Made by a program: the position numbers and the translations under genes. Below are positions 52,359 to 62,349 of a stretch of DNA of 64,000 nt, piece after piece. Position 1 is the first letter of the stretch; every line of letters begins with the position of its first letter. Under the pieces are notes generated by a model. That model was not told the origin of the DNA. It ran no database searches and was given only the letters and a program-made list of their open reading frames with translations. This stretch comes from a bacterium (GTDB lineage Bacteria > SM23-31), in assembly GCA_965249485.1 (NCBI GenBank), contig OZ252239.1:384001-448000 (forward strand), given 5' to 3'.

Positions 52359-53282
52359 CTAATACTCAACAGCCTCTTTCATCGTTACAAAATCAAAATC
52401 CCGTTTGAATCTGCTAAAAATTGTTTCGAACAATTCCACTTTTTCATCAATGCTCACATTGAGACACTTAGGTACATACCCCTTATTCACACCTTGATTT
52501 AAGATAGCTGAATCGAAGTCGTTATCTTTGTCGCATAGTTCAGCTAAATGAAGTGAAAAATTCACTAACTTTTGCGATGTGACCAATCGATAAAACAGAT
52601 CAAAATAGGATAGACCGTACTCAAACACCATGGTGCCGAAAAAAGGTAATCGGAGATAAGGTACAGTTGTTAAAGGATATTCTATTAAATCTTCAGAGCT
52701 GTTTCTATTTTTTTTGTTTATAGGATTATACAATTTCCGCGGAGCGAACATATTAGTAATAGAACCCATGGTAGAACGGCGGATTGGAGGCACATCTTTT
52801 GTTTTTGCGTAATGAAGACCCTTGGCTATAGGCATAATAAAAGTCGGGAAAACGGACGAATCATATTTATAGTTTCTTTCTTCAAGGATGTGTAATACCT
52901 TTTTGCTGACATTCCATCCCGGAGCTCTGAAACCGCAAACAGCAACTCCCGTTGTTTTCTTAATAATATCCTCAGCATTGCCAACTTCGCTTAAAATTTC
53001 ATCATGTGGTAATTTATGAAGACTTTGGATATGATTCATCGTATGATTTGCGACTTCATGATCTTCAGCAATAATTTCCCGGACTATCGCTATATTTCCT
53101 TCATCCTTCAGATCATTTCCTACAAGAAAAAACGTTGCTTTAATGTCAAATTTTTTAAAGAGCTTTAGGAATCTTTCCACGCCATTTCTAAAGGTCTTAT
53201 CCCTCCAATTCCGGTCAGCAATATCGGGAAACAGCGTACTTACAGTATCAACGTCAATTGTTATAGAGAGAAGTTTATCCAT
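52359..53282 (-). CDS. polysaccharide deacetylase (CE4/NodB)
   Basis: TIDVD, ATFF, HEVANHTMNH, GFRAPGW, YDSS. Confidence 0.88.
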   Translation of the reverse strand: MDKLLSITIDVDTVSTLFPDIADRNWRDKTFRNGVERFLKLFKKFDIKATFFLVGNDLKDEGNIAIVREIIAEDHEVANHTMNHIQSLHKLPHDEILSEVGNAEDIIKKTTGVAVCGFRAPGWNVSKKVLHILEERNYKYDSSVFPTFIMPIAKGLHYAKTKDVPPIRRSTMGSITNMFAPRKLYNPINKKNRNSSEDLIEYPLTTVPYLRLPFFGTMVFEYGLSYFDLFYRLVTSQKLVNFSLHLAELCDKDNDFDSAILNQGVNKGYVPKCLNVSIDEKVELFETIFSRFKRDFDFVTMKEAVEY

Positions 53283-53327
53283 GAAATTGCACTATCATAT
53301 TTATGTGGACAAAAAAACACATTGAAA

Positions 53328-55004
53328 TCAGGATTTTCTGCTTGTCTCATTTTCAAGATAGTAAACATTAAAAAAATCATTACTATACTTTAAGGGCAAA
53401 TTCAGAGTATGATTTTTTTCAGAAACGATGTAAGAAAAATGAAATATTTCAGACAGATCTACAATTTCTTCAACAGTATAAGTCTTGTACAACTTTTCAA
53501 GTGCATTTCGGTATTGTGTCGGTGTAGTATAAATATTCAAAGGAGATCCTATCAGTTCCGCCCTCTCCATAATTTCTTCAGTGAGGTTTTGTTGATATAC
53601 CTGGAGTTGTGAATCACGATACTGGAACACAATTCCTCTCTGAGAAAATGATCTGAATCCACGTAAATAATATGGCGTAAGCAAAAGCTCATCTTCAGGA
53701 GTATTTTTTTGACACCACAACTGAACAGCTTTCCATGCAGCGATATGTTCAGGTTCCACTTTTATTGTCTGAAAAAAAAGATGATTCTTGATTTTAGGAC
53801 TACTTTGTTCTAAAGATTCAATTTTTGTTTTGATGAATTCGGGATACGACCTATATACAGGATGGAAAGTCCAAAAATTTAGAATAATAAAAAAGAGTAT
53901 ACTCGCTGCTCCAATACCGATCAATAGTCTTTGTCGAATATGCATTTGTCGAAATAATCCGGATGTACCAGCATATCCCAGAGTATGTTGATATAGCAAC
54001 GCGATACTACACATTACGGCAAACAAAAGAATAAATCTGCTTCCTCTGAAAAAAGACAGCACTATCATTGTCTTAAGGGGAACCAATTCAATAAAGATAT
54101 ACGAAATAAATAATAACCCTACTGCAATGCCACAAAACTGAATAACAGTTTTTTTATGGTAGAATTTCGTAAGATATTTCAGGCTTATTATGAAAAGTCC
54201 TACCCAAAACAAAAAAGGGATATATTGGAATAATCCAAATTGTGATGGGAATGAATGCATACCCTGATAATTCTTTATTGTACTAAACCATGTATCAAAA
54301 TCAGCAGTAAGGAGTGGTGAAGGATTTTGCAATATCATAATTCCTAATGGTAGTATTAATATACCAAACGTGAAACCAAGTTTAATTGTAAAATGTAAAG
54401 AAAACTTTTGACTATCTGATAAATACATTACGCCAACAAGAAGGAAAACAAACAACGCTATTGAAAGGTGAATATAAAGACTGAGTGCTATGACGATACA
54501 CGCTTGAAAATATTTTTTCTCCAACATGAAGCCAAACGCAAAAAATAAGATCCCTGTTATCAATGTATCGGGGAATACTGACCATCCAAATGGTGCAACA
54601 CTCCCGAGGGAATGTCTTAATACCCCTCCGTATGTGAAGAGTATTATTACAATCCATGTGTACAATTCCGGTAGGTCTGGGAATAGTTTTCTTGACAAGA
54701 ACCGCAACCCAAATACTTCAAAAACACATTGCAACAAAAAATAATAATAAACAATACTCATTGGTTGTAAAATTTGCAATAGATAACCGGCTCCTTTATA
54801 CCAAAGTGAATAACTGCCATAGTATGGAAATGTCCAACCCATTACATCATTGTGATACGGTACCGGATTGTTTACCCATGCCAAATAAGGGAGAATCTGA
54901 CTGGCTTGTGCCTGGATGAGATCAAGACCATATGCCATAATCAAAAAGTAAAAAATTGTGTAAATTAGAAATCTGATATTTTGTGCGTACAGAATTTTTG
55001 TCAT
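53328..55004 (-). CDS. polytopic membrane protein (DUF6798 / GT-C-like)
   Basis: Many TM helices; H.FP motif; C-terminal W...NTPED..L.P...GFR.FSQR; ATG 55004 overlaps the upstream stop (ATGA). Confidence 0.55.
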   Translation of the reverse strand: MTKILYAQNIRFLIYTIFYFLIMAYGLDLIQAQASQILPYLAWVNNPVPYHNDVMGWTFPYYGSYSLWYKGAGYLLQILQPMSIVYYYFLLQCVFEVFGLRFLSRKLFPDLPELYTWIVIILFTYGGVLRHSLGSVAPFGWSVFPDTLITGILFFAFGFMLEKKYFQACIVIALSLYIHLSIALFVFLLVGVMYLSDSQKFSLHFTIKLGFTFGILILPLGIMILQNPSPLLTADFDTWFSTIKNYQGMHSFPSQFGLFQYIPFLFWVGLFIISLKYLTKFYHKKTVIQFCGIAVGLLFISYIFIELVPLKTMIVLSFFRGSRFILLFAVMCSIALLYQHTLGYAGTSGLFRQMHIRQRLLIGIGAASILFFIILNFWTFHPVYRSYPEFIKTKIESLEQSSPKIKNHLFFQTIKVEPEHIAAWKAVQLWCQKNTPEDELLLTPYYLRGFRSFSQRGIVFQYRDSQLQVYQQNLTEEIMERAELIGSPLNIYTTPTQYRNALEKLYKTYTVEEIVDLSEIFHFSYIVSEKNHTLNLPLKYSNDFFNVYYLENETSRKS

Positions 55005-55825
55005 TTTGATACCTGAAAATATATCATAGTACCGAACAATCTGCCCAAAATGTACTCGAGCCAATCAGGAATCAAATTACCACCAGGTATGAATGGAATT
55101 GGGAAAAAGTGGAGTTGAGAGGATTTTATCTTCAATCCCGAGGTCTTTATAAGATTTGTTATTTCTTTATAAGAGTAAATCTTCCCGAGCGTATTGTCAG
55201 GCCCATCATAACACCTGCCGAATTCTTCAAGGGTCATTGACATTTGAATCTTTTTGTCACCCAGAAATTTAACACCCAATAATTTTAAAGAAAACTTTGT
55301 TACTTTAAACATAATACCTCTTAAAAGAATATTTTGATAGTATACTGATACAAGCCCTTTTCCTCCCGGTTTCATTGTTCGATACATTTCAGCAAGACCG
55401 GAGTCGATTCCAGGAGTATGATGCAGGACTCCATCACAGAGTACAAAATCAAAATAATTACTTTTGAATGGTGCATATTCAACATCTCCAACACATATAT
55501 TACCTGCAAGTTTTAACTTGTCAAACCAATTATGTGCAAGTTTTGCACCCGTTAGTGTAATATCGCACGCCGACACATGTGCGCCATGTGTTGCAAGATT
55601 TTTAATATTCCAACCTGGCCCACACCCTAATTCAAGTACCCTTTTCTCCTTGTTGTAGGTGTATTCCTGTAATCTTCTGGAAAATTTAGATGCTACATTT
55701 TTTTTCGCATCAAGGTAGTCATAAAAATCATCAATATTTTTATCATACTCCTGCTCATAGCTACCTAATGGATGGGCACTCCAGAATTGACCAACATCTT
55801 CTTTTTTAAGAAAATGGTTTTTCAT
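55001..55825 (-). CDS. class I SAM-dependent methyltransferase
   Basis: VLELGCGPG, GDVE, GVLHHTP, KPGG. Confidence 0.88.
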   Translation of the reverse strand: MKNHFLKKEDVGQFWSAHPLGSYEQEYDKNIDDFYDYLDAKKNVASKFSRRLQEYTYNKEKRVLELGCGPGWNIKNLATHGAHVSACDITLTGAKLAHNWFDKLKLAGNICVGDVEYAPFKSNYFDFVLCDGVLHHTPGIDSGLAEMYRTMKPGGKGLVSVYYQNILLRGIMFKVTKFSLKLLGVKFLGDKKIQMSMTLEEFGRCYDGPDNTLGKIYSYKEITNLIKTSGLKIKSSQLHFFPIPFIPGGNLIPDWLEYILGRLFGTMIYFQVSK

Positions 55826-56171
55826 TTCAAATAATCCAGCATTTTATTATAATTATGTTTTAGATAGTTCAGTAAATATTACAAAAAAAATTACTAATGT
55901 CAAAAAATTAAGTGCTATTAAAATAAGCAATATTTAAACACTCTTCAAATTAAATACTTGCATTCCTAAAAGAATTGCGTAATTTTTGCAAAAAACATTC
56001 TATACAATACTCTCATGCAATTCCTATTGTATTAAATAATCTGATTCTTTACTAGATATTGCTATTTAAGAGTTAATTCTAATTAATACCAGGTTTTAGT
56101 ATCAAAAGCAGCTCATAACCATTTTATTCAATTATTCTCTTGGATTTACATATTTAATGAAGGAGGTACAT

Positions 56172-57296
56172 ATGTCTCCTACACTAAGCCGCCGTCAATT
56201 GCTACGAACAAGTGTCGCTGCTGCAGGTATGGCATTAGTCAGTCCGGTTCAGGCTGTGAGCAGGATGGAAAATTCTCCGATCCCTCATAAGGGTGAAGAT
56301 GGACTAATCTGGCTGGATCAGAACGAAAACCCTTACGGAATTTCCGAGGATGCCAGAAAGGTAATAATCGATTCTGTCGTCTACTCAAACCGATATCCGG
56401 ATGAAATCGGCAAAGAACTGGTCAATGCAATAGCTGATCGGGAAGGAATTACTCCTGAACACATCGTATTAGGAGCAGGGTCATCAGAAATTCTATGCAC
56501 TGCCGGATACCTTTACGGTGCTGAGGGAGGTGAAGTTGTTTGTGCAGATCCGGCATACCACGGTTTCATGAGTTATATTTCCAACGTAACTAATAAACTT
56601 GTACGGGTACCTCTCACCGATGCGTTTGAACATGACCTGGATGCTATGGCACGGCGTGTCACCAAAAGGACAAGTCTCGCGTATATCTGTAATCCCAATA
56701 ATCCCACCGGCACAATTGTCGATAGTGCAAAGCTCCGTTCATTTTGTGAAGATGTCTCGAAACGCACATTGATCATGATTGATGAAGCGTACAATGAGCT
56801 GGTAATCGACAAGAAATATGAATCGATGATTGATCTGGTTAAGAGTGGATCTGATATTATTTTATTGCGGACGTTTTCCAAGGTTTTCGGTCTTGCAGGT
56901 CTCAGGGTTGGGTACGGTATTGCTCATCCTGATATTATTGCGAACATCAAGCGGGTACAGGGAAACAATTATCCAATCAGCACGTTGAGTCTTCATGCAG
57001 CAGTGGCAAGTTACAAGGATACCGGTTTTATCGAGTTTACCCGTGTTAACAATGCGAAATCCAAATCGTATCTCTATGATGTTCTTGAACGGTTGGGATA
57101 TTTTTATATTCCATCACACACGAATTTTGTTTTATTTACGTCGGAACTTGATTCTCAGAAATTTGTTTCTGAGATAAGGAAACGGAATGTTGTGATACGG
57201 CCGTTTTATCATGAAGGTGAAAATTTGATACGTGTGAGTATGGGAACACTCCCCGAAATGGCAGCTCTTGCCGACGCACTGGAAGATATAACGTAA
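56172..57296 (+). CDS. Tat-exported HisC-like PLP aminotransferase
   Basis: SRRQLL twin-arginine signal; NENPYG, NRYPD, GAGSSE, CNPNNPTG, DEAY, RTFSK.FGLAGLRVG; AGGAGG RBS before ATG 56172. Confidence 0.85.
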   Translation: MSPTLSRRQLLRTSVAAAGMALVSPVQAVSRMENSPIPHKGEDGLIWLDQNENPYGISEDARKVIIDSVVYSNRYPDEIGKELVNAIADREGITPEHIVLGAGSSEILCTAGYLYGAEGGEVVCADPAYHGFMSYISNVTNKLVRVPLTDAFEHDLDAMARRVTKRTSLAYICNPNNPTGTIVDSAKLRSFCEDVSKRTLIMIDEAYNELVIDKKYESMIDLVKSGSDIILLRTFSKVFGLAGLRVGYGIAHPDIIANIKRVQGNNYPISTLSLHAAVASYKDTGFIEFTRVNNAKSKSYLYDVLERLGYFYIPSHTNFVLFTSELDSQKFVSEIRKRNVVIRPFYHEGENLIRVSMGTLPEMAALADALEDIT

Positions 57297-57386
57297 CAGC
57301 AAGACGCGTATTAATAAATCGACGTTCCGTTATTACAATACAATTACTCAAAAACCACCCCAAATCATAGATTAAGGAGTATATGT

Positions 57387-57698
57387 ATGCGTGTTTTATT
57401 GAAAGTTGACATTCCAACAATCGAAGGGAATGAAGCTGCACGGTCCGGAACACTGACAAAAAAAATTCAATCTATCATAGAAGATCAAAAACCGGAAGCG
57501 GTTTACTTCACCGATTCGAATGGGTTACGATCCGGATACTTATTTCTTAACCTAAATGATTCATCAAAAATCCCTGCTATCGCAGAACCGTGGTTTCTCA
57601 CATTCAATGCAGAGGTTGAACTCAAGGTTGTTATGAATCCTGACGATCTCATGAAGGCCGAACCACACATCTCAGAAGCTGTGAAAAAATACGGCTGA
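57387..57698 (+). CDS. conserved hypothetical protein (DUF3303-like)
   Basis: KPEAVYF...G.R, IPAIAEPWF..FNAEV...VMN.DDL pattern; AAGGAG RBS. Confidence 0.6.
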   Translation: MRVLLKVDIPTIEGNEAARSGTLTKKIQSIIEDQKPEAVYFTDSNGLRSGYLFLNLNDSSKIPAIAEPWFLTFNAEVELKVVMNPDDLMKAEPHISEAVKKYG

Positions 57699-57727
57699 AA
57701 TGTATAATCAATTTAGCAGATGCTCGA

Positions 57728-58489
57728 TTATTGGTTGTTATATAACAATGTCAGGTTGTTTTTAAGGTCCTTCGGCAGTTTTTTTGTTGCGTAACGAAAT
57801 CCTCCAACAGTAAAGAGGGAAACGTTTACAGTGAGAAAATTCGAAATTTTCTCCTGATTAGCAAGACTCAACTCCCGCAGTACCCACCCTGCACCTGTCT
57901 GAGCAAACCGTTCGCGGCTTTGTATGAGCGCTTCACAGTTGTGCAGAACTAAATCAGTAAATCCGGGGAAGTTGGCCTCACCATGTTTGGCAAGGTTTAC
58001 AAACGCAACGACGGATGCCCGACGCTGCCACAGGTTTTCGGCTGATTTCCACTCTGAAATTTCCCGGGCAATCGGTTCGCCATACCGCTGAACAAGTGGC
58101 CCAAGCACCTTAACGCAGAACCAGTCGCTGATATTCCAGTCGAATATCAGATCATTATTGAAAAGGCTTCCAAACCGAGGAATAACTGCATGAGTGTTGA
58201 CCATCTCTTTTTTCAGGACGATTTCCTGTAGGAATAATATTCCTGCGAGTTTATCTTCCGCATACTTCCCTTCAAAGAGCTGGAGTGCAAGTTCCAGATG
58301 CTGATCATTTGTGAGATTTGATTCAATCTGCTCCTCTTTATACCATTGGTGGAGCACTGTACGTATATCACCCATCTTCACTCCGCGGAACGGAATAACC
58401 TGCTTCAGATACCGTTCCCACCACTCTTTGGTTTTTGTATCGGCTTTTGCATTAATTGCGCCGTACAGTTTTTCAATGTATTGGCTCAT
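57728..58489 (-). CDS. DNA alkylation repair protein (AlkD-like)
   Basis: YLK..IPFRGVK, WNISDWF, W..AENLWQRRAS, QTGAGWVLRE; start placed at MSQYIEK. Confidence 0.8.
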   Translation of the reverse strand: MSQYIEKLYGAINAKADTKTKEWWERYLKQVIPFRGVKMGDIRTVLHQWYKEEQIESNLTNDQHLELALQLFEGKYAEDKLAGILFLQEIVLKKEMVNTHAVIPRFGSLFNNDLIFDWNISDWFCVKVLGPLVQRYGEPIAREISEWKSAENLWQRRASVVAFVNLAKHGEANFPGFTDLVLHNCEALIQSRERFAQTGAGWVLRELSLANQEKISNFLTVNVSLFTVGGFRYATKKLPKDLKNNLTLLYNNQ

Positions 58490-58512
58490 CGCTTCAGATT
58501 TATTCGCTTTTC

Positions 58513-59316
58513 TTATTGAATGGGACGTTTGAAGGCTTCCTGAAATCCGTTTCGGGTAATATTCCGGTATGACGGAGCGTAATTTTCCTGCGTCTGTTCT
58601 GCTGTTTCGACTGTCAGATGGTTGCATCCGAGTCGTTGACATTCCCTGATTCGTGCACCGATAAGGAGCGATTGTGCTCCTCTCCCCCGGTAGTCCGCCA
58701 GCGTACTCGCAAAATCAAACCAACAATATCCATCCTGAATATACATTGCCGCTGTTGCGATTGGCGTTGTGCCGTCGTATGCCAGGTAGTGCTTCCAGTT
58801 GGAACGACCTACACAAGCGGCAACCCACGGGATCATGATTTCAGGTCATTCAAAGCTATTGACAAGAATTTTCCCAAACTGCATCGCTTCGGTTTCGGTT
58901 ATTTCCTTAACCGTCAAATCACTTTGTGCCTCCGGAACCGGTTCCACCGGACGGTAGAGCTTCACCCAGTTGTTGAAGTACTTAAAGTTGTGCACTTGCA
59001 ACCAATCAGAAATCAGAGCAGGTTTACTCTGAGGATACACTTGTACAAAAAACCGGGGAATACCACTTTTGTGATACATTTCGACTATTTTTACGACCTG
59101 CTCTTCTGATGCTGGCTCAAAAGTTCCGAGTCCTATTACACGGTTCATTGCAAGGATGTCAAGTTTTGAAGTGGCGTAAGCACACAACCGGCCAACTATT
59201 TCTGTCCGTAAACCGCACTGTTCGGCAACTTCGGGCGAAGCCGCCCGGTAAAAATCAGACCATGCTTCGATCTCGATGTGTTCCAGATTGCGGTTTATTT
59301 CTTCCGATTGCTTCAT
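58513..59316 (-). pseudogene. GNAT family N-acetyltransferase with an in-frame TGA
   Basis: ORFs 58846-59316 and 58513-58836 share a frame (NSFE*PEIMIPW); YRGRGAQ acetyl-CoA motif; SYRNI.RNGF. Confidence 0.75.
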
Positions 59317-59361
59317 AGTTCGATCACAATAAAAAAATCTGTAGGATGTTATGGTATACTA

Positions 59362-60120
59362 TTAATTTTGATTTTTTATCACCATATACTTTCCAAGAAA
59401 TGAAGTCATCAGCGGGTCTAATTCCTTTATCTCATCCGGTGTGATCGGGTAGTACTCGGTCTCATACCGTTCTGACTGCCGAAGCTCTGTATACACTTCA
59501 TATGCCAGACCGAGATGCTTGCCTATTCCTGTAAAATAGGGAGCGTCCATATGGGGATGGGCTTCATCGAATTCTGAATATGCTTCCTGATCGTAAACCG
59601 GACCGCTGATTTCTTCATTATGTTCTATAGCGGCCATAAATGCCTGGACCAATTCCTCCTTGACCGCACTGTAGGATTCATCCAACTCGAGCGGATAGTA
59701 GACAAATAACTGCATGAGTTTCTGTGCGGTTGTACTGCTCGGGACCTGCGCCGTTTCATCCATCCCATCCATGTTTGTGTAGATCAGTTCGAGAGGTAGG
59801 TTGTTGAAAAGATAATTCGACAAGAGCTGATTTTTGTCCAACTCTGCTTCATTATCGATTACATAGATCGATATTCCATGCTGCTCGAGTCCCTCCCTGA
59901 CGATGGAGCTTACGGAAGTCAGGATGGTATCGACTGATTGTTTTGTTCGCTCGGTCGAGGCTGTCTCTTTACCTATTACCGGAATCTGCCCGGACATGAG
60001 CTGGGCAGAGAAAAACTTGTCGGCATTAAAAATACTCAAATATTGCTGACATGATATAAGAATAAAAACAGATACAATCAGGCAGCACATAGCAAATCGG
60101 GTAAATATACATGTCTTCAT
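59362..60120 (-). CDS. exported hypothetical protein (possible lipoprotein)
   Basis: Signal peptide with LISC; 252-aa ORF; no confident family. Confidence 0.55.
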   Translation of the reverse strand: MKTCIFTRFAMCCLIVSVFILISCQQYLSIFNADKFFSAQLMSGQIPVIGKETASTERTKQSVDTILTSVSSIVREGLEQHGISIYVIDNEAELDKNQLLSNYLFNNLPLELIYTNMDGMDETAQVPSSTTAQKLMQLFVYYPLELDESYSAVKEELVQAFMAAIEHNEEISGPVYDQEAYSEFDEAHPHMDAPYFTGIGKHLGLAYEVYTELRQSERYETEYYPITPDEIKELDPLMTSFLGKYMVIKNQN

Positions 60121-60253
60121 TATAATAGTCCCTTAGAATTGAACACGGAGATACCGCAATTGCGTGAATATATTGATTATAGTATTGAAAAAGTATTAAT
60201 TTTTTTATGTCATTTAATATAAGTATAAGTAACCGGTTACCATATTCAATGCT

Positions 60254-60488
60254 GTGCTTGATAAGATCGACCGGAAAATATTAAACATTCTGCAACACAA
60301 CGGCAAGACTTCAAACACATTATCTCGGTAGGTCAAATTCTGAACGGAAAGAACGCGTTTACAAACTGCTTAAGCAAATGAATATGATGGAGCGCAAGAA
60401 TCAATTTCCAGCGTGACGGTTCCAATATTCTCATCAACATTGAGGAAATCCAGTTTAATGACAAATCGATCAACACAGGTCGGTTGTA
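60254..60488 (+). pseudogene. Lrp/AsnC regulator remnant
   Basis: MLDKIDRKILNILQHNGKTSN then a stop; downstream ERVYKL and IFSSTLRK pieces in other frames. Confidence 0.6.
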
Positions 60489-60517
60489 AGCATTGCTTAC
60501 AATCACCAGCCATTATG

Positions 60518-60550
60518 AAAGCCTTTCCGTGTTTAAGGGAAGGCTTTTTT
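60518..60550 (+). terminator. intrinsic terminator
   Basis: AAAGCCTTTCC-loop-GGGAAGGCTTT followed by T tract. Confidence 0.65.
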
Positions 60551-60673
60551 CATTAAACATGGCATTACACACTAAATATGATAGAAAAAGCGCATGATAA
60601 ATAACTTGAACTTGGAAATTGCTTTTTATAATTTTTAAACAGATGAAATTCCACTTTACCGTATGAGGAAATC

Positions 60674-62081
60674 ATGATAAAAAGACTCCGGTTATCGACA
60701 TTTCTAATTGTGTTAAGCCGTTTTATGTGTAGTATGTGTTTTGGGCAGGAAAAGGCTCAGGACAGGAGAAAGTGGATCGATCCTGCTGCACCTGTTACGA
60801 ATGATCCGAGGCGGATACCGATTACCGATACACCGCAGGGTCCTGAAGGGACGATTGTTCTGACAAACGGGCGGATTTTTGACGGAACCGGCGCTTCGGT
60901 ACGCAATGGTACGCTTGTTATTGAGCGAAACAGAATTAAAGCTATCCTTTCCTCCCGGTTCAAATGAGTGGCCGGATAATGCGCGGGTAATCGATGTCGA
61001 CGGAAAGACAATCATGCCAGGACTCATCGATCTTCATGTTCATATTACTGAAGGGAATGCTCCTGATCCGAGTATGCCGGGCTATGTTCCGGGTGAAGAT
61101 GAAGTATCTGTAACGACCGAAGCAGATCACACACTCGTTGCTGTTGAGCGGGTCCGCTACTATATCGAGAGCGGAATTACAAGCATCCGAGACCTTTCGT
61201 CGCACGGTATGATCCCATTTAGAATAAAAGAGTGGGTCAGGAGAAATCGAATTCCCGGACCGCGAATATTCGCGGCGGGGCATTTCATAACCGCAACGGG
61301 CGGACACGGCGCTGAAGGCACACAGGACTACAAATCCGATTTTGCAAGTGTTCGGACAGCAGACGGACCCGACGAGTGGCGTTATGCAGTGCGTGAACAG
61401 TTCAATAAGGGTGCCGATGTAATCAAAATCGGCAGCCATTTCAGCCGTGAAGAAATCAAGGCTGCGGTTGATGAGGCACATGCATTCGGTCTGAAAGTCA
61501 CGGTCGATGCAGAGACGTTTTATATTGAGTGGGCGGTTGAAGCCGGTGCCGATATTATAGAGCATCCGCTACCGCGAACAGATGAAGTCATCAGGCTTAT
61601 GGCGGAAAAAGGGACTCAATCCGATCCGACGCTTATTCCGTATCTCTACATTTTCGACATCAAGGGAGGTTACAACAGTTCTACCTCCCGCCGGTTTACC
61701 TTTTCACCCGAATCAATCCGGGAGATTCTGATAAAAATGAAAGATGCCGGAATTACGATGGGTATCGGTACCGACCTATGGTTCGGTATGCACCGTTATC
61801 AGCCGGAGCCGCACATCCTCGAACTGAAGGAATTTGTCCGTGCCGGTTTTTCAAATGAAGAAGCTCTCCGCGCAGCGACCTTGAACAGTGCTGAAATTCT
61901 CGACATGGATGACCGGCTCGGGACACTTGAGCCTGGAAAACTTGCCGATGTGATTGTCATTGACGGCCAACCGGATAAAAAACTCGATGACCTTGCGAAT
62001 GTGGATATTGTCATCCGGGACGGATATGTTGTGGTCGAGCAGGGCAATGTGGTTATTGCACGCCATTCACCACCTGAGTGA
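60674..62081 (+). pseudogene. exported amidohydrolase-family protein, frameshifted
   Basis: Signal peptide and NGRIFDGTG in 60674-60967; MPGLIDLHVH, GITSIRD, IEH, GTD, GKLAD in the second frame. Removing one T at ~60948-60950 gives AILPPGSNEWP. Confidence 0.8.
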
Positions 62082-62349
62082 TATAGACCGTATTTTGATT
62101 CAATTTCTGGCGCAGATAACATATTACGAGGTGAATATCAGCCTTGCATTATTTCTTCACGAGATGTGAGTGTCAAATCATCGATACCGTATTATTGGTT
62201 AGATGTATGAAATTGATAATATAAATTTGTTTCAGAGTAAAATATTATTATATTTTCGGTTGACTGTGATGCATTAATGCATTGCTGGAATCGACAAATC
62301 ATCATTTCTATTTATTCTTCACAAATCCCTAACACACCATATAATTGCT

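Noticed and set aside
10216..58848. Alternative genetic code (stop reassignment or pyrrolysine) to explain the in-frame stops
   Set aside because: The interruptions use all three stop codons and also include frameshifts. TAA, TAG and TGA all end normal genes here, and no pyl or sel genes were seen.
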